Of a stretch of 45,164 nucleotides of DNA, positions 26,299 to 35,569 are shown in pieces. Below the pieces are notes generated by a model, which was not told where the DNA came from, searched no databases, and saw only the letters and a list, made by a program, of their open reading frames with translations. Source of the stretch: an uncultured Halobacteriales archaeon (GTDB lineage: Archaea; Thermoplasmatota; E2; JACPAO01; JAHWKR01). Both the position numbers and the translations under genes were made by a program. Each line of letters opens with the position of its first letter. Position 1 is the stretch's first letter. Location: assembly GCA_964452895.1 (NCBI GenBank), contig CAYVRY010000002.1, positions 18,155 to 63,318 on the forward strand. The letters run 5' to 3'.

Positions 26299-27867
26299 CT
26301 ATAGAAGAATTTTGCTCTTGTGGTCCGTGGTGGCTGCCGTTCTTGCCGTGGTCTTTCTCATGGCGTCCTCCTGTCGGTGCTTATAAGTCGCCCCATGCGG
26401 GTTCGGGGGCGTCGGCGGGTCGTCCATGCAGGTCCCGCGTGAGTCCAGCACGGGGGGGACCGGTCGCGCCCGCCGGCCGTCGAGATCTCGCGCAGCCGGG
26501 AGGCCTTCCAGGGGGGGCAGCAAGTGACCGCGTACGGCGTCGGGAACTTGGAACCGGGCGCCTGCGTGCAGGGGCGCGGGGTCCAGGGTGAGGCGGGGGC
26601 GGTCGTGTTCCGGGAAGCGGGTGCGGCATCGGGGGCAGCGGTAGCCGGCGTCGCGGCCGCGGCTTTTTGTGGCGCCTACACATTGAGGGCAACGTGGATT
26701 GGGGCCGGCTTGATGGCGGGGCACCAGGTGGTCGACGCGCAGGGCTTCCAAGGCGAGAACGTGTGGGTCGTCGCCCGTGCGCGCGAGCACCGTAAGCCGG
26801 TCTCCGGGTGCCGTCGCTTGCAGCGCAAGCCGCAGGCTTTTGGTGGGTTCGTAGGCGGCCAGGGTGAATCCGCTTGTCTTGGAGCGCGCCGGGACGAAGA
26901 GGTGGCCGCCCGCGTGGCGTGCCCCCGGGCCCGTGATCGTGACCGGACACACGACCACTCCATGGCGCTTCTCGTGGGCCGACGCCCAGCGCGCGTGGTC
27001 GCCGGTGGCTTGGTTCGATCGGACCAGCCAGCCGCCGCATGGGGTTGCGTCTTGGTCCAGGTCGTGGTCCAGCTGATCGACCAGGGCGTCCGGGTCGAGC
27101 CCGCGCGCGGCGAAGCGCACGGGGCAGGGCGTGCGCGGTACCGCCCGGATGCGTCCGGTGGCGCGGTCCACGTTGTCGAAGCCGCCGGGGATCGCTTCCA
27201 GCCGGGCGGTGAATCCGGGCGGCAGGTCCCGCGCCCGCTTGGTGTCTGTGGGTTCCCGGTACGCGATGAACTCCCAGCTCCAGCGGGCATTGGGGTATGA
27301 GGAGGAGCCGGCCGGCCAGGCGGCGGCGCCCAGGGCGCCGATCTCTCCACGGCGGCCCGCCGGCGTCAGCCGCCGGGTCCCCCGTGGCGCATGGTGCCAC
27401 GCCTCGTCCAGGGTGAGGGTACGGACGACGGCCCGCTCATAGAGCCGGGCGGGAGGGGGCCGCTCCAGCAGGAGCGCCGCGGGTTGCGGGTCGTGCCCGG
27501 CGGGCCCGGCTGGAGGCAGGAGGTCGAGAACGAGGCGCCCGAGCGCCTGGAGGGCCGGTGCGGGGGGCGGGCTTCGGTCGGTTGGTGGCTGCGCGGGGAC
27601 GCCGATTGCGTCTCCGTTTTCCGTGCTGCCGATCCGTTTCATGATCGCTGCGGAGTCGCGTCGGCCGAGGGGCAAGGCGATGGCGCCGTTGCCGCGCGTG
27701 CGATGCTCGGCGGCGGGGTTCAACCGGACCAGGCGGGCGGGGCCCACCAGCCCCCAGCCGGCGAGCGCGCCCTGGGCTTGTTCGATCGCCTGGGCGATTT
27801 GGTAGGCGGTGTGCGTCGTGCAGCCCTGGTGGCGGGTGTCCGTGTCGTCCAGTGCGAGAAGGAGCAC
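26299..27867 (-). CDS. tiaS: tRNA(Ile2) 2-agmatinylcytidine synthetase
   Basis: LDDTD...GCTT, RLVRLNP...TRGNG, SNQATGDH, GGH, AAYEPT, Zn ribbon CPQC...CPRC. Start estimated (GTG 27867). Confidence 0.88.
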   Translation of the reverse strand: MLLLALDDTDTRHQGCTTHTAYQIAQAIEQAQGALAGWGLVGPARLVRLNPAAEHRTRGNGAIALPLGRRDSAAIMKRIGSTENGDAIGVPAQPPTDRSPPPAPALQALGRLVLDLLPPAGPAGHDPQPAALLLERPPPARLYERAVVRTLTLDEAWHHAPRGTRRLTPAGRRGEIGALGAAAWPAGSSSYPNARWSWEFIAYREPTDTKRARDLPPGFTARLEAIPGGFDNVDRATGRIRAVPRTPCPVRFAARGLDPDALVDQLDHDLDQDATPCGGWLVRSNQATGDHARWASAHEKRHGVVVCPVTITGPGARHAGGHLFVPARSKTSGFTLAAYEPTKSLRLALQATAPGDRLTVLARTGDDPHVLALEALRVDHLVPRHQAGPNPRCPQCVGATKSRGRDAGYRCPRCRTRFPEHDRPRLTLDPAPLHAGARFQVPDAVRGHLLPPLEGLPAARDLDGRRARPVPPVLDSRGTCMDDPPTPPNPHGATYKHRQEDAMRKTTARTAATTDHKSKILL

Positions 27868-27931
27868 GCGCTGCGCAAGAGGCGGCTTCGCTTGAAGGTG
27901 CTGCGTATGGGATGCGCGAGGGAGGCCTTGG

Positions 27932-27939
27932 GTTAAATG
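27932..27939. promoter_or_regulatory. TATA-like element in the short divergent tiaS/rio1 intergenic region
   Basis: gttaaatg about 25-30 bp upstream of the rio1 GTG; the only AT-rich patch between the two divergent genes. Confidence 0.45.
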
Positions 27940-27962
27940 GGAGGCCGTGGGTTGGCGGGGCC

Positions 27963-28922
27963 GTGAAGTCCCGCGGCGCCAAAGGGGGGCGCAAGGCCGG
28001 CAAGCAGCCCACGGCGGCGGAACCCGCCACCTCGAAGGAGGGGGAGGAGGCGGTGGACACGGGGGATCTGGAGGAGGATGCGGAGGCCTGGCAGGAGCCG
28101 GGGCTCGGCCTGGAATCAAAAAAGGGCGCCCGGGATACGGATGAGCGTTGGTACGAGCTCGTGGAACGAAAGCTCTCGAAGCTTCCGCAGCCGGAAGGCA
28201 AGGACCGGCGGACGTGGGACGGGGTGTTCGACAACCGCACCCTGATGACGCTGTACCGGTTGTTCTCCGGTGGGGTCTTGGACGCCATGGATTTCCCCAT
28301 CTCCACGGGCAAGGAGGCGGACGTGTTCCGCGCGTCCACGCCGGAGGGGACGCGTCTTTGTGTGAAGATCTACCGGGTGGCCAAGGCGACGTTCCACAAC
28401 ATGTTGCCGTACATCCAGGGGGACCCGCGCTTCCACGGGGTCAAGAAGGACAAGTTGAGCATGGTCACCGTGTGGGCGCAAAAGGAATACCGCAACCTGG
28501 GCCGCGCCATGGAGGTCGGCGTGCGGGTGCCGCAACCCGTTTTGTGCTCGAACAACGTCTTGGTCATGGAATACATCGGCACGTCGGAGGGCCCCTACCC
28601 GCTCTTGAAGGACGTGGAGTTCGAGCGGGAGGATTGGCAGGCGGTCGCCACGGAGCTGATCGCGGCGTACAACAAGCTGCTCGTCAAGGGCCACCTGGTC
28701 CACGCGGACCTCTCGGAGTACAACGTGATCATGACGCCGGACGGCCCGGTGATCATCGACATCGGTCAGGCGGTGGTCCTGGAGCACCCCATGGCGCGGG
28801 AGTTCTTCGACAAGGACGTGCGCAATCTCGCCAGGTTCTTCACCCGGTGCGGCGTGAAGCTCGAAGAGGAGGAGGTCCGGGACGGGATCCTGGAGGGCAA
28901 GGCGTTCGAGGATCACCTTTGA
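27963..28922 (+). CDS. rio1: RIO1 family Ser/Thr kinase
   Basis: ISTGKEA.V, VKIY, W..KEYRNL, LVMEYIG, LVHADLSEYN, IDIGQAV. Confidence 0.95.
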   Translation: MKSRGAKGGRKAGKQPTAAEPATSKEGEEAVDTGDLEEDAEAWQEPGLGLESKKGARDTDERWYELVERKLSKLPQPEGKDRRTWDGVFDNRTLMTLYRLFSGGVLDAMDFPISTGKEADVFRASTPEGTRLCVKIYRVAKATFHNMLPYIQGDPRFHGVKKDKLSMVTVWAQKEYRNLGRAMEVGVRVPQPVLCSNNVLVMEYIGTSEGPYPLLKDVEFEREDWQAVATELIAAYNKLLVKGHLVHADLSEYNVIMTPDGPVIIDIGQAVVLEHPMAREFFDKDVRNLARFFTRCGVKLEEEEVRDGILEGKAFEDHL

Positions 28923-29018
28923 TCGCGCGGACCCGCTCCCCGTTCCAGGGGCACCACAGGCCGCTTTGGCATGCTGGGACCGTCAACCCCATCAAGGGGA
29001 GCCCGCCTCGCCACCCCG

Positions 29019-29558
29019 ATGCGCCATTTCAAGGTGCCCAAGGAACGGATCGGGGTGCTCATCGGCCCGGAGGGCCGGACGAAGGAGGACCTGGAGAAGC
29101 AGTTGGGCGTGGAGTTCCTGGTGGATTCCAAGACGGGGGACGTGGAAGTGGACGACCGGCAGGCCGAGGACCCACTGGCGCAGTTGAAGGCGGGCAACAT
29201 CGTGCAGGCCATCGCGCGGGGGTTCGCGCCGCAGGTGGCGCGCAAGCTCGTATCCGACGAGATGTACCTCACGGTCCTGGACATCCATGATTTCGTCGGC
29301 AAGAACAAGGCGCATGTGCGGCGCGTGACGGCGCGGATCGTGGGGACCGAAGGGAAGACGCGGCGCCACATCGAGGAGCTCACCGGGGCGAACATCGTGG
29401 TCTACGGGCACACCGTGGCGATTCTGGGCCCGCTGGAAGGCCACGACGTGGCGCGCGAGGCGTGCGCGATGATCCTTTCAGGCAGCGAGCATGCCTCCGT
29501 CTACAAGTTCCTGGAAGCCAAGCGGCGCGCGGCCCGGATGGCGGAGTACGGGTTCTGA
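29019..29558 (+). CDS. dim2: KH-domain rRNA-processing protein (Dim2/Pno1/Krr1-like)
   Basis: RIGVLIG..G, AIARGF, RIVGTEGKTR, YGHTV, G.EH..VY; follows rio1. Confidence 0.92.
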   Translation: MRHFKVPKERIGVLIGPEGRTKEDLEKQLGVEFLVDSKTGDVEVDDRQAEDPLAQLKAGNIVQAIARGFAPQVARKLVSDEMYLTVLDIHDFVGKNKAHVRRVTARIVGTEGKTRRHIEELTGANIVVYGHTVAILGPLEGHDVAREACAMILSGSEHASVYKFLEAKRRAARMAEYGF

Positions 29559-29575
29559 ACCGATCGCAGACGGCT

Positions 29576-29752
29576 TCAACCGGTGGCCCAGGTGATGGCG
29601 AGGATCACGAGCACGACCACGGCCGCGAGGATGAACGGCGACGCGATCACCCAACCGGGGTGGATCCGGATGTTCTTGCGTTCGTCCACCTCGAAGTTGC
29701 GCACCAGGCCGGCGGAGCTCTGGAATCCGGGGCCTTCCTTCTGCTTGGCCAT
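29576..29752 (-). CDS. secG: Preprotein translocase subunit Sec61beta
   Basis: FQSSAGLVRNFE....IRIHP..V followed by a C-terminal TM helix. Confidence 0.88.
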   Translation of the reverse strand: MAKQKEGPGFQSSAGLVRNFEVDERKNIRIHPGWVIASPFILAAVVVLVILAITWATG

Positions 29753-29857
29753 ACGATACAAGACGAGGGGTGCGGTAAATAGGTTGGCTCGGGTCCCCTG
29801 GGAAGGTTTACAAGGGGTGTTTCGTTGAGACGCCCGTTCTTTTCTGGGCCAGTGCCC

Positions 29858-30028
29858 TTATGATTTGATGATCGCGAGGATGAACGCGAGCAGGATCAGG
29901 AGCAGGATCGGCACCAGGACCATCAGCGAAGGATGGATCTTGAACGGCTTTTTTTCCTCCACGTCGTCGTCGGTGACGAGGTCGATCGAGGGTGGCGGAC
30001 CGGGCTCGGTCTCTCCCTCCTGGGTCAT
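29858..30028 (-). CDS. Small tail-anchored membrane protein, possible Sec61beta paralogue
   Basis: 56 aa: acidic N-terminus, KKPFKIHPSLMV, then a single C-terminal TM helix. Confidence 0.6.
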   Translation of the reverse strand: MTQEGETEPGPPPSIDLVTDDDVEEKKPFKIHPSLMVLVPILLLILLAFILAIIKS

Positions 30029-30174
30029 GAAAGGACCATGGAGCCAGGGGATTTGGTTTTTTTGGGCGTCACGCGCAAGGCCTCTTCGTAGCTTGGGTCT
30101 TCCGGAAACAGCCGTCCCCATAAGGGGGCCCTGCACGTGCGCACGGGAACGCAAAGGCGATCACGGGGGCGGGT

Positions 30175-30771
30175 TCAAAACGAGGGCATGAGCAGGTGAA
30201 AGAGGGCGTCTTCCAGGTTGTCCGTGTGGGACCATTTCCCGTCGGTCCCGGATCCTCTCCAAGCGGTGAACTCGGTGGGGTGGACGCCCGATCCGCTGCT
30301 GTACCAGGCTTCGCAATGCCCGTTGTACGCGGTGACCGTTTCCTGTTCCCAGTCGACGAGCGCCAGGCTCTGGGGTTCGCAGTCGACGCTGAGGAACGTG
30401 AACCAGACCCCGCTGTTGATCACGTCGACGCCACAGGCCTCCAGGCAACGCAATGCGGTGTAATGGATTCCGAACCGCAGGTACGATGGATTGGAAGGAC
30501 ACGGGCCGTTCGGGGTCCCTTCGCGGGACCATTGGGTCCCGCCGAAGGTCGCATCACATCCGGCGTCGTTGCCGAACAGGCCCGATGTCGGGGTGTTCAA
30601 CGTGGGCAGACCCAGGGCCTTTTCCGCCGGTGCGACCTCCACGAGCCAGACCGGGTCTTGTTCAACGCTTGGCGGTTCAGCATGGCGGCCCGGCTCGAGG
30701 CCGGCTTCCGCGGTGGCGGCCGCGGTGGCAAGCAGCAGGATCGTCGCGAACAGCCCAAGGTGTCGTGCCAT
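30175..30771 (-). CDS. Secreted hypothetical protein with six cysteines
   Basis: Signal peptide MARHLGLFATILLLATAAATAEA; atatatt upstream. Confidence 0.65.
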   Translation of the reverse strand: MARHLGLFATILLLATAAATAEAGLEPGRHAEPPSVEQDPVWLVEVAPAEKALGLPTLNTPTSGLFGNDAGCDATFGGTQWSREGTPNGPCPSNPSYLRFGIHYTALRCLEACGVDVINSGVWFTFLSVDCEPQSLALVDWEQETVTAYNGHCEAWYSSGSGVHPTEFTAWRGSGTDGKWSHTDNLEDALFHLLMPSF

Positions 30772-30948
30772 GCGGAATACTCCCACCCCACCCGCGCGGG
30801 TGGTCTGGTGGCGTGAACCGTGCTTGGTCAATATATGTTTCGCCCATTGTGCCGGGGTTTCCGGCTTTTTCGGCTTTTCTTTGGGATAGGGGAGGGGCGG
30901 GGCGTGGCGTGGTGCCCGCTGCACGTGCGGTCGTCGTGTCGCTGCCCG

Positions 30949-31725
30949 CTAGTCCGATTCCAGGTCCTCGCTGGCCAGGAACGTGTCCTGGACGGTCTGG
31001 TAGATGTCTTCGACGCCTTCGCCGCTGGCGCCGCTGGTCTGGATCAACCCGGGCACGGCGCCGAGGCCGGTGAGCACCTTCACGATGTCGGCGCTGAGTT
31101 TCATCTCGAAGTTGCCTTCCTCGGCCTGCAGGGCGTCCCAGAGTACGTCGTGGTCTTCGGACCATTGTTGGATCTTTTCCAGGTCGTCGAAGCTCAACAC
31201 GTCGGCCTTGGACAAGACGTGCGCCACGGGGACCTGCATGCGGAACTCGGTAGTGGCGCCCAGGAGCAGTTGGGAGACGAACCCGTTCGGCGTGCGGGCC
31301 AGGTAGGGGTCGGTGAGGTAGACCACGAGGCTGCGGCCGGGGTTCAGGTTCTGGACGACGTAGCGGCCGGCCTCCCGGAACACGAACAGTTCGATCTGGC
31401 CGGGGGTGTCGATGAGGACGTAGTCGCTGCGGAAGGAGCCGATCGCTTCGCGCAGGTCGTCCAGTTGCACGGCGATCAGGTCCGCGGCGGCCACTTGCGC
31501 GCCGTTGGGTCCCAGTTCGTGTTCGTCCATGACGTCGGTGAGCCGGATCCAGTCCCGGATGTCCACGTCCGGTGTGTACGGGATCTTTTCGGCGCCCGGG
31601 TCGAGGTTCACGGTGATCGCGTCGAGCCCGCGCATGTCGAAGTAACGGTCGAAGGCCTGGGTGAGCGTGCTTTTGCCGGCGCCTGCGGTGCCGGTGAAGT
31701 AGCAGTGGATGTCCTCTTTGGTCAA
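30949..31725 (-). CDS. GPN-loop GTPase
   Basis: GTAGAGKST, VNLDPG, LGPNGA, DTPGQIE, SKAD. Confidence 0.95.
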   Translation of the reverse strand: MTKEDIHCYFTGTAGAGKSTLTQAFDRYFDMRGLDAITVNLDPGAEKIPYTPDVDIRDWIRLTDVMDEHELGPNGAQVAAADLIAVQLDDLREAIGSFRSDYVLIDTPGQIELFVFREAGRYVVQNLNPGRSLVVYLTDPYLARTPNGFVSQLLLGATTEFRMQVPVAHVLSKADVLSFDDLEKIQQWSEDHDVLWDALQAEEGNFEMKLSADIVKVLTGLGAVPGLIQTSGASGEGVEDIYQTVQDTFLASEDLESD

Positions 31726-31780
31726 TTCGTTGGCTCCTGGGGGTTCAAAGGGATCGATGGAGGGTCAAGTTCGGGGGGTC

Positions 31781-33121
31781 TCATGCGGCGCGCAGGGTGC
31801 GCATGTGTTCGATGCGGCTTTGGATCAGGTCTTTGGTGCCGATGTCGTGTCGGATGAACACGTGGTCGCTGGAGACGGCGCGCAGCCCGGCCTCGCATAC
31901 GTCGTTCGCCTCGCTCAGGGTCTCGCCCGTGCCGAGTACGGCCAGGGCGCGCGACGTGGTGGTCTTCAACCCGGTGTCGGTCTGGTTCACGGCGGCGTAG
32001 TAGAGACGCGCCCCTGATTCTTCGAGCAGGTCCGCGTCCACAAAAAGCGGCACGTCGCTTTTCGGCTTCGAGCCGTATCCTTCGGGCACGATGTATTTCA
32101 CGACGGTGGATTTCTCTGCGAAGTGGACCTTCACGTCCTCCAGGGTGCCGTGCGCCATGGCTTCGCAGACGCTGAGGAAGTCGCCCTCCAGCAGCGCGAG
32201 CACGTTCATCGCCTCCGGGTCGCCGTAGCGGGCGTTGATCTCGATCACGCGCGGGCCGGTGGGCGTGATGATGAACTGGCCGTAGATCGCGCCGCGGTAT
32301 TCGTGGCCTTCGCGCTTGAGCGCGCCGACGATCCCTTTCAGGATGCCCAGGGCGTCTTCGTATTCGCTTTGCGTGAGAAACGGCAGCAGGTGGTCGCTTT
32401 GGCTGTAGGCCCCCATGCCCCCGGTGTTCGGCCCTTCGTCGCCCGGCAGAAGGCGCTTGTGGTCCTGGACGGCGGGCATGGGAAGCAGGCGCACGCCGTC
32501 GCAGAAGGCCTGCAGGGTGAATTCTTCCCCTTCCAGTTTCTCTTCGATCACGATGCGCGCCTGCCCGCCGATCTTCTGCTCCAGCACCTCGTGGACGTAC
32601 TCCATGGCGCCGTCGGTGTCCTGGAAGTGGTCGCCGTGGACCTTGACCCCTTTGCCGCCGGTGAGGCCCACGGGTTTCAGGGCGACGTGGGCATCCATTT
32701 CCTCGATGAACGCACGCGCGCTCTCCGGTCCATCGTGGACTTGATGGGCCACTTGCCCTTCCAGCGCGTGGCGGGACATGAGGCTGCGCATCCATGCCTT
32801 GTCCGTCTCCACGCGCGCGGCCCCTTGCGTGGGGGAGGCGACGCCGATCCCGGCCGCTTTGAGGGCGTCACCGAGCCCGGCCGCGAGGGGGGCCTCGGGA
32901 CCGATGACAGCGAGTTCAATTCCAGTCTCTTGGGCCCAGTCCAGGATTTCTTGGACGTGGGTCTCCTTGCTGATCAGGTGGTCCTCGGCCAGGCCCAGGA
33001 TGCCGGGGTTCTGGTTCGCGAGCACGGCGAAAAGACGCGGGCCTTGTGGTGAAGCCCGCAGCGCGGCTGCGATCGCGTGTTCACGGGCTCCGCCCCCTAC
33101 CACGAGCACCTTGCGGGTCAT
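31781..33121 (-). CDS. purD: Phosphoribosylamine-glycine ligase
   Basis: GGGAREHA, NPG, IGPEAPL, GGKGV, QDHKR, GPNTGGMG, EINARYGDPE. Confidence 0.97.
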   Translation of the reverse strand: MTRKVLVVGGGAREHAIAAALRASPQGPRLFAVLANQNPGILGLAEDHLISKETHVQEILDWAQETGIELAVIGPEAPLAAGLGDALKAAGIGVASPTQGAARVETDKAWMRSLMSRHALEGQVAHQVHDGPESARAFIEEMDAHVALKPVGLTGGKGVKVHGDHFQDTDGAMEYVHEVLEQKIGGQARIVIEEKLEGEEFTLQAFCDGVRLLPMPAVQDHKRLLPGDEGPNTGGMGAYSQSDHLLPFLTQSEYEDALGILKGIVGALKREGHEYRGAIYGQFIITPTGPRVIEINARYGDPEAMNVLALLEGDFLSVCEAMAHGTLEDVKVHFAEKSTVVKYIVPEGYGSKPKSDVPLFVDADLLEESGARLYYAAVNQTDTGLKTTTSRALAVLGTGETLSEANDVCEAGLRAVSSDHVFIRHDIGTKDLIQSRIEHMRTLRAA

Positions 33122-33229
33122 GTCCGAATCCTCATGGGCTTGGCCTGGGCAAGCCGCGAGGGCGCGCCTAGCGGGTCCCGTATGAAAGGCTTTCCCGCTT
33201 GAAGGGGTCTTCCCGCCACCGGTCCCGGG

Positions 33230-34267
33230 TCAAGGGGATCGGGGTTCCGCCGGCACGTCGTGGGTCTCCCAGAGGCCGCGGCGCAAGCGGGGGATCAACG
33301 CGGCTTCCACGGCTTGCTCGGTGAGGCGGGTGCGGTCCAGTACGCCGTCGGTGAGCCAGCCGACGGCGCCTTCGTATTGCCCGATGCGGGGGTCCTGGGT
33401 GAGCGGTTCGAAGGCCTGGCTCACGGTGATCCCTTCGTCGAGGATCCGCTTCGTGATCCCGGGGGGGTAGGCGAAGCCGCTGCCGTGCCCATGGGTGGTA
33501 TAACCGGTGATGTCGGTGATCATGCAGTGCTGCACGTCGAAGACGACCTTGGAGTAGGGGTCCTGCACGATGCCCGCTTCCACGCCCACGCCGTATTCGG
33601 CGCCTTGGCTCTGACCGCTTTCGAGCGCGTCGTGGGCGCGCTTCTCGGCGCCTTGGGCGGCTTGCGGGCCGTGCGGTTGGGAGGGGACCCCGGAGTCGAT
33701 GGCCGTGGGGAGGATGTTCAGGTGGATATGCGGGATGTAACGGCGCATGGCGTGCGCCACGGCGCGTAGTTTCACGGGGTTCGTGGAACCGACGCTGATC
33801 TTCAGGGGGGTGAGCCTTTTCCCGTTCGCGTCGATGAGCCCGGCGGCGATCCGGGTCGCGCTCACCGGCAGCAGGTCTTCTCCGAGTACGTAGGGCACCA
33901 CTTCCAGGCGCAGCGGGGTCAGGTTCCGCCGCCGGCGTTCCTCGTTGACCTTGTTGGCGGTGTGGGCGGTCTCCACGCTGGCGACCATCACGTCAAAGTC
34001 CCCGGTGGCACTGGGGCCGAAGGGGTCCTCCAGCGCGTTGATCGTGACGGACTCCGCTTTGCCGTGCTTTTGGAACCAGTCCCGCAAACGGCGTTCGCGT
34101 TCTTCCCAGGGGGTGATCGCGCGGTCCCGTTTTTCCTTCGAGTACCGGTCGGTCACAAGCCCGATGTGGATCGTGCCCTCTTCGCCGGCCAGACGCAAGG
34201 CATGCTCCAGCAGGCTCAGGTGACCGGCGTGAAGCGGGTCGAAGGTGCCTCCGAGGACGACGCGCAC
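33230..34267 (-). CDS. coaD: Bifunctional archaeal phosphopantetheine adenylyltransferase / YjjX-type inosine-xanthosine triphosphatase
   Basis: N-terminal GGTFDPLHAGH...VSATRI; C-terminal GSTNPVK, SGVPSQP, GVEAG, GAVGWLT...R. Start estimated. Confidence 0.9.
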   Translation of the reverse strand: MRVVLGGTFDPLHAGHLSLLEHALRLAGEEGTIHIGLVTDRYSKEKRDRAITPWEERERRLRDWFQKHGKAESVTINALEDPFGPSATGDFDVMVASVETAHTANKVNEERRRRNLTPLRLEVVPYVLGEDLLPVSATRIAAGLIDANGKRLTPLKISVGSTNPVKLRAVAHAMRRYIPHIHLNILPTAIDSGVPSQPHGPQAAQGAEKRAHDALESGQSQGAEYGVGVEAGIVQDPYSKVVFDVQHCMITDITGYTTHGHGSGFAYPPGITKRILDEGITVSQAFEPLTQDPRIGQYEGAVGWLTDGVLDRTRLTEQAVEAALIPRLRRGLWETHDVPAEPRSP

Positions 34268-34397
34268 AACGCGGCGAGACCCCTCCTTGTGATAGGCGTT
34301 TCGCGGGGTCCCCGCCATGCGGCGCATTTATGGGTCGCGTCCGCGTGGGTCCGATCGTGCATCCTGGAGGGATCGCCTGAGCGGTTTCCGTCCCACG

Positions 34398-35498
34398 GTG
34401 GCGAGCCATCGTCCGGGGGCCCGTACCCTGACGGGCGGCGAATACACGGACCGGGAGATCTTTGGACTGGAGCAGGAACGGATTTTCCGTCGGTCGTGGG
34501 TCTGTGCGGGACGGGCTGCCCGTCTGGCGTCGCCGGGGGATTATTTTCTCTTCGACCTGGCCGGTGAATCGGTCATCGTCCTTCGCGAGACGCCCGACCG
34601 GCTGCGGGCGTTTTTCAACACGTGCCGTCACCGGGGGACCCGTTTGTTGGACCGACCGGAAGGCTCGGTGTCCGGATCGATCCGTTGTCCCTATCATGGT
34701 TGGTGTTACGCGGGCGACGGCCGCTTGGTCGCGGCGCCGCACATGGACCGGTTGCCCGACTTTGACCGGGCCGATTACCCGCTCCATGAGGCTTCGATCA
34801 GGCAGTGGGAGGGGTTCGTTTTCATCAACATGGGGGAAGACGCCGAGCCTTTCGAATCCGCGTGGCGCCCCATGGGAACGCGTCTGGCCCGCTTCGGCCT
34901 GCAGGACCTGGTGGTGGGCCACACGCAGCATTACGACATCCGGGCGAACTGGAAGTTGGTGTTCCAGAACTACAACGAGTGCATCCATTGCCCGGTGATC
35001 CATCCGGAGCTGGACCGGGTGATCCCGTATGACAGCGGGGCGAACGATCTGGTCGAGGGCCCGTTCTTGGGCGGGTACATGTCGATCCGGGAGCCGCACG
35101 AGAGCGCGACCATGAGCGGTCGCCGGTGCGCCCGGTTCGTGTCCGCGAGCGTGCGCGAAGAAGACAAGAGAAGGGCGTATTTTTATTCGCTGATGCCGAA
35201 TCTGTGTTTGAGCATCCATCCGGATTATGTGCTCAGTTTCGTGTTGCACCCAGTGGCCGTGGACCGGACGCGGTTGACGGCGCAGTGGCTTTTTCATCCC
35301 GAGAGCCCCCGCGACGAAGGGTTCGACCCGGACGACGCGGTGCGGTTCTGGGATGCGACGAACCGGCAGGATTGGCGCGTTGTGGAGCTGGGCCAGAAAG
35401 GGGTCGCTTCGTCCCGCTACACGCCGGGGCCGTATTCCCCGCGCGAGAGCGTCCCGGCGGCCTGGGATGCGGAGTACCGGCGGCGCATGGGGCGTTGA
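34398..35498 (+). CDS. Rieske non-heme iron oxygenase alpha subunit (GbcA/choline monooxygenase/Stc2-like)
   Basis: NTCRHRG...CPYHGW Rieske site; ANWK...NYNECIHC..IHP mononuclear Fe site; QD....E.GQKG. Confidence 0.92.
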   Translation: MASHRPGARTLTGGEYTDREIFGLEQERIFRRSWVCAGRAARLASPGDYFLFDLAGESVIVLRETPDRLRAFFNTCRHRGTRLLDRPEGSVSGSIRCPYHGWCYAGDGRLVAAPHMDRLPDFDRADYPLHEASIRQWEGFVFINMGEDAEPFESAWRPMGTRLARFGLQDLVVGHTQHYDIRANWKLVFQNYNECIHCPVIHPELDRVIPYDSGANDLVEGPFLGGYMSIREPHESATMSGRRCARFVSASVREEDKRRAYFYSLMPNLCLSIHPDYVLSFVLHPVAVDRTRLTAQWLFHPESPRDEGFDPDDAVRFWDATNRQDWRVVELGQKGVASSRYTPGPYSPRESVPAAWDAEYRRRMGR

Positions 35499-35569
35499 TT
35501 CCCCCCGCAGGGAGGGCGCGGGGTCCGGGCCCCCGGGGGTTTATGTGGCGCCTTCGTGTGCTTGGAGGT

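Noticed and set aside
27868-28119. Pro-rich N-terminal extension of the 606-aa tiaS ORF
   Set aside because: It overlaps the divergent rio1 start and promoter; TiaS similarity begins at the LDDTD motif.
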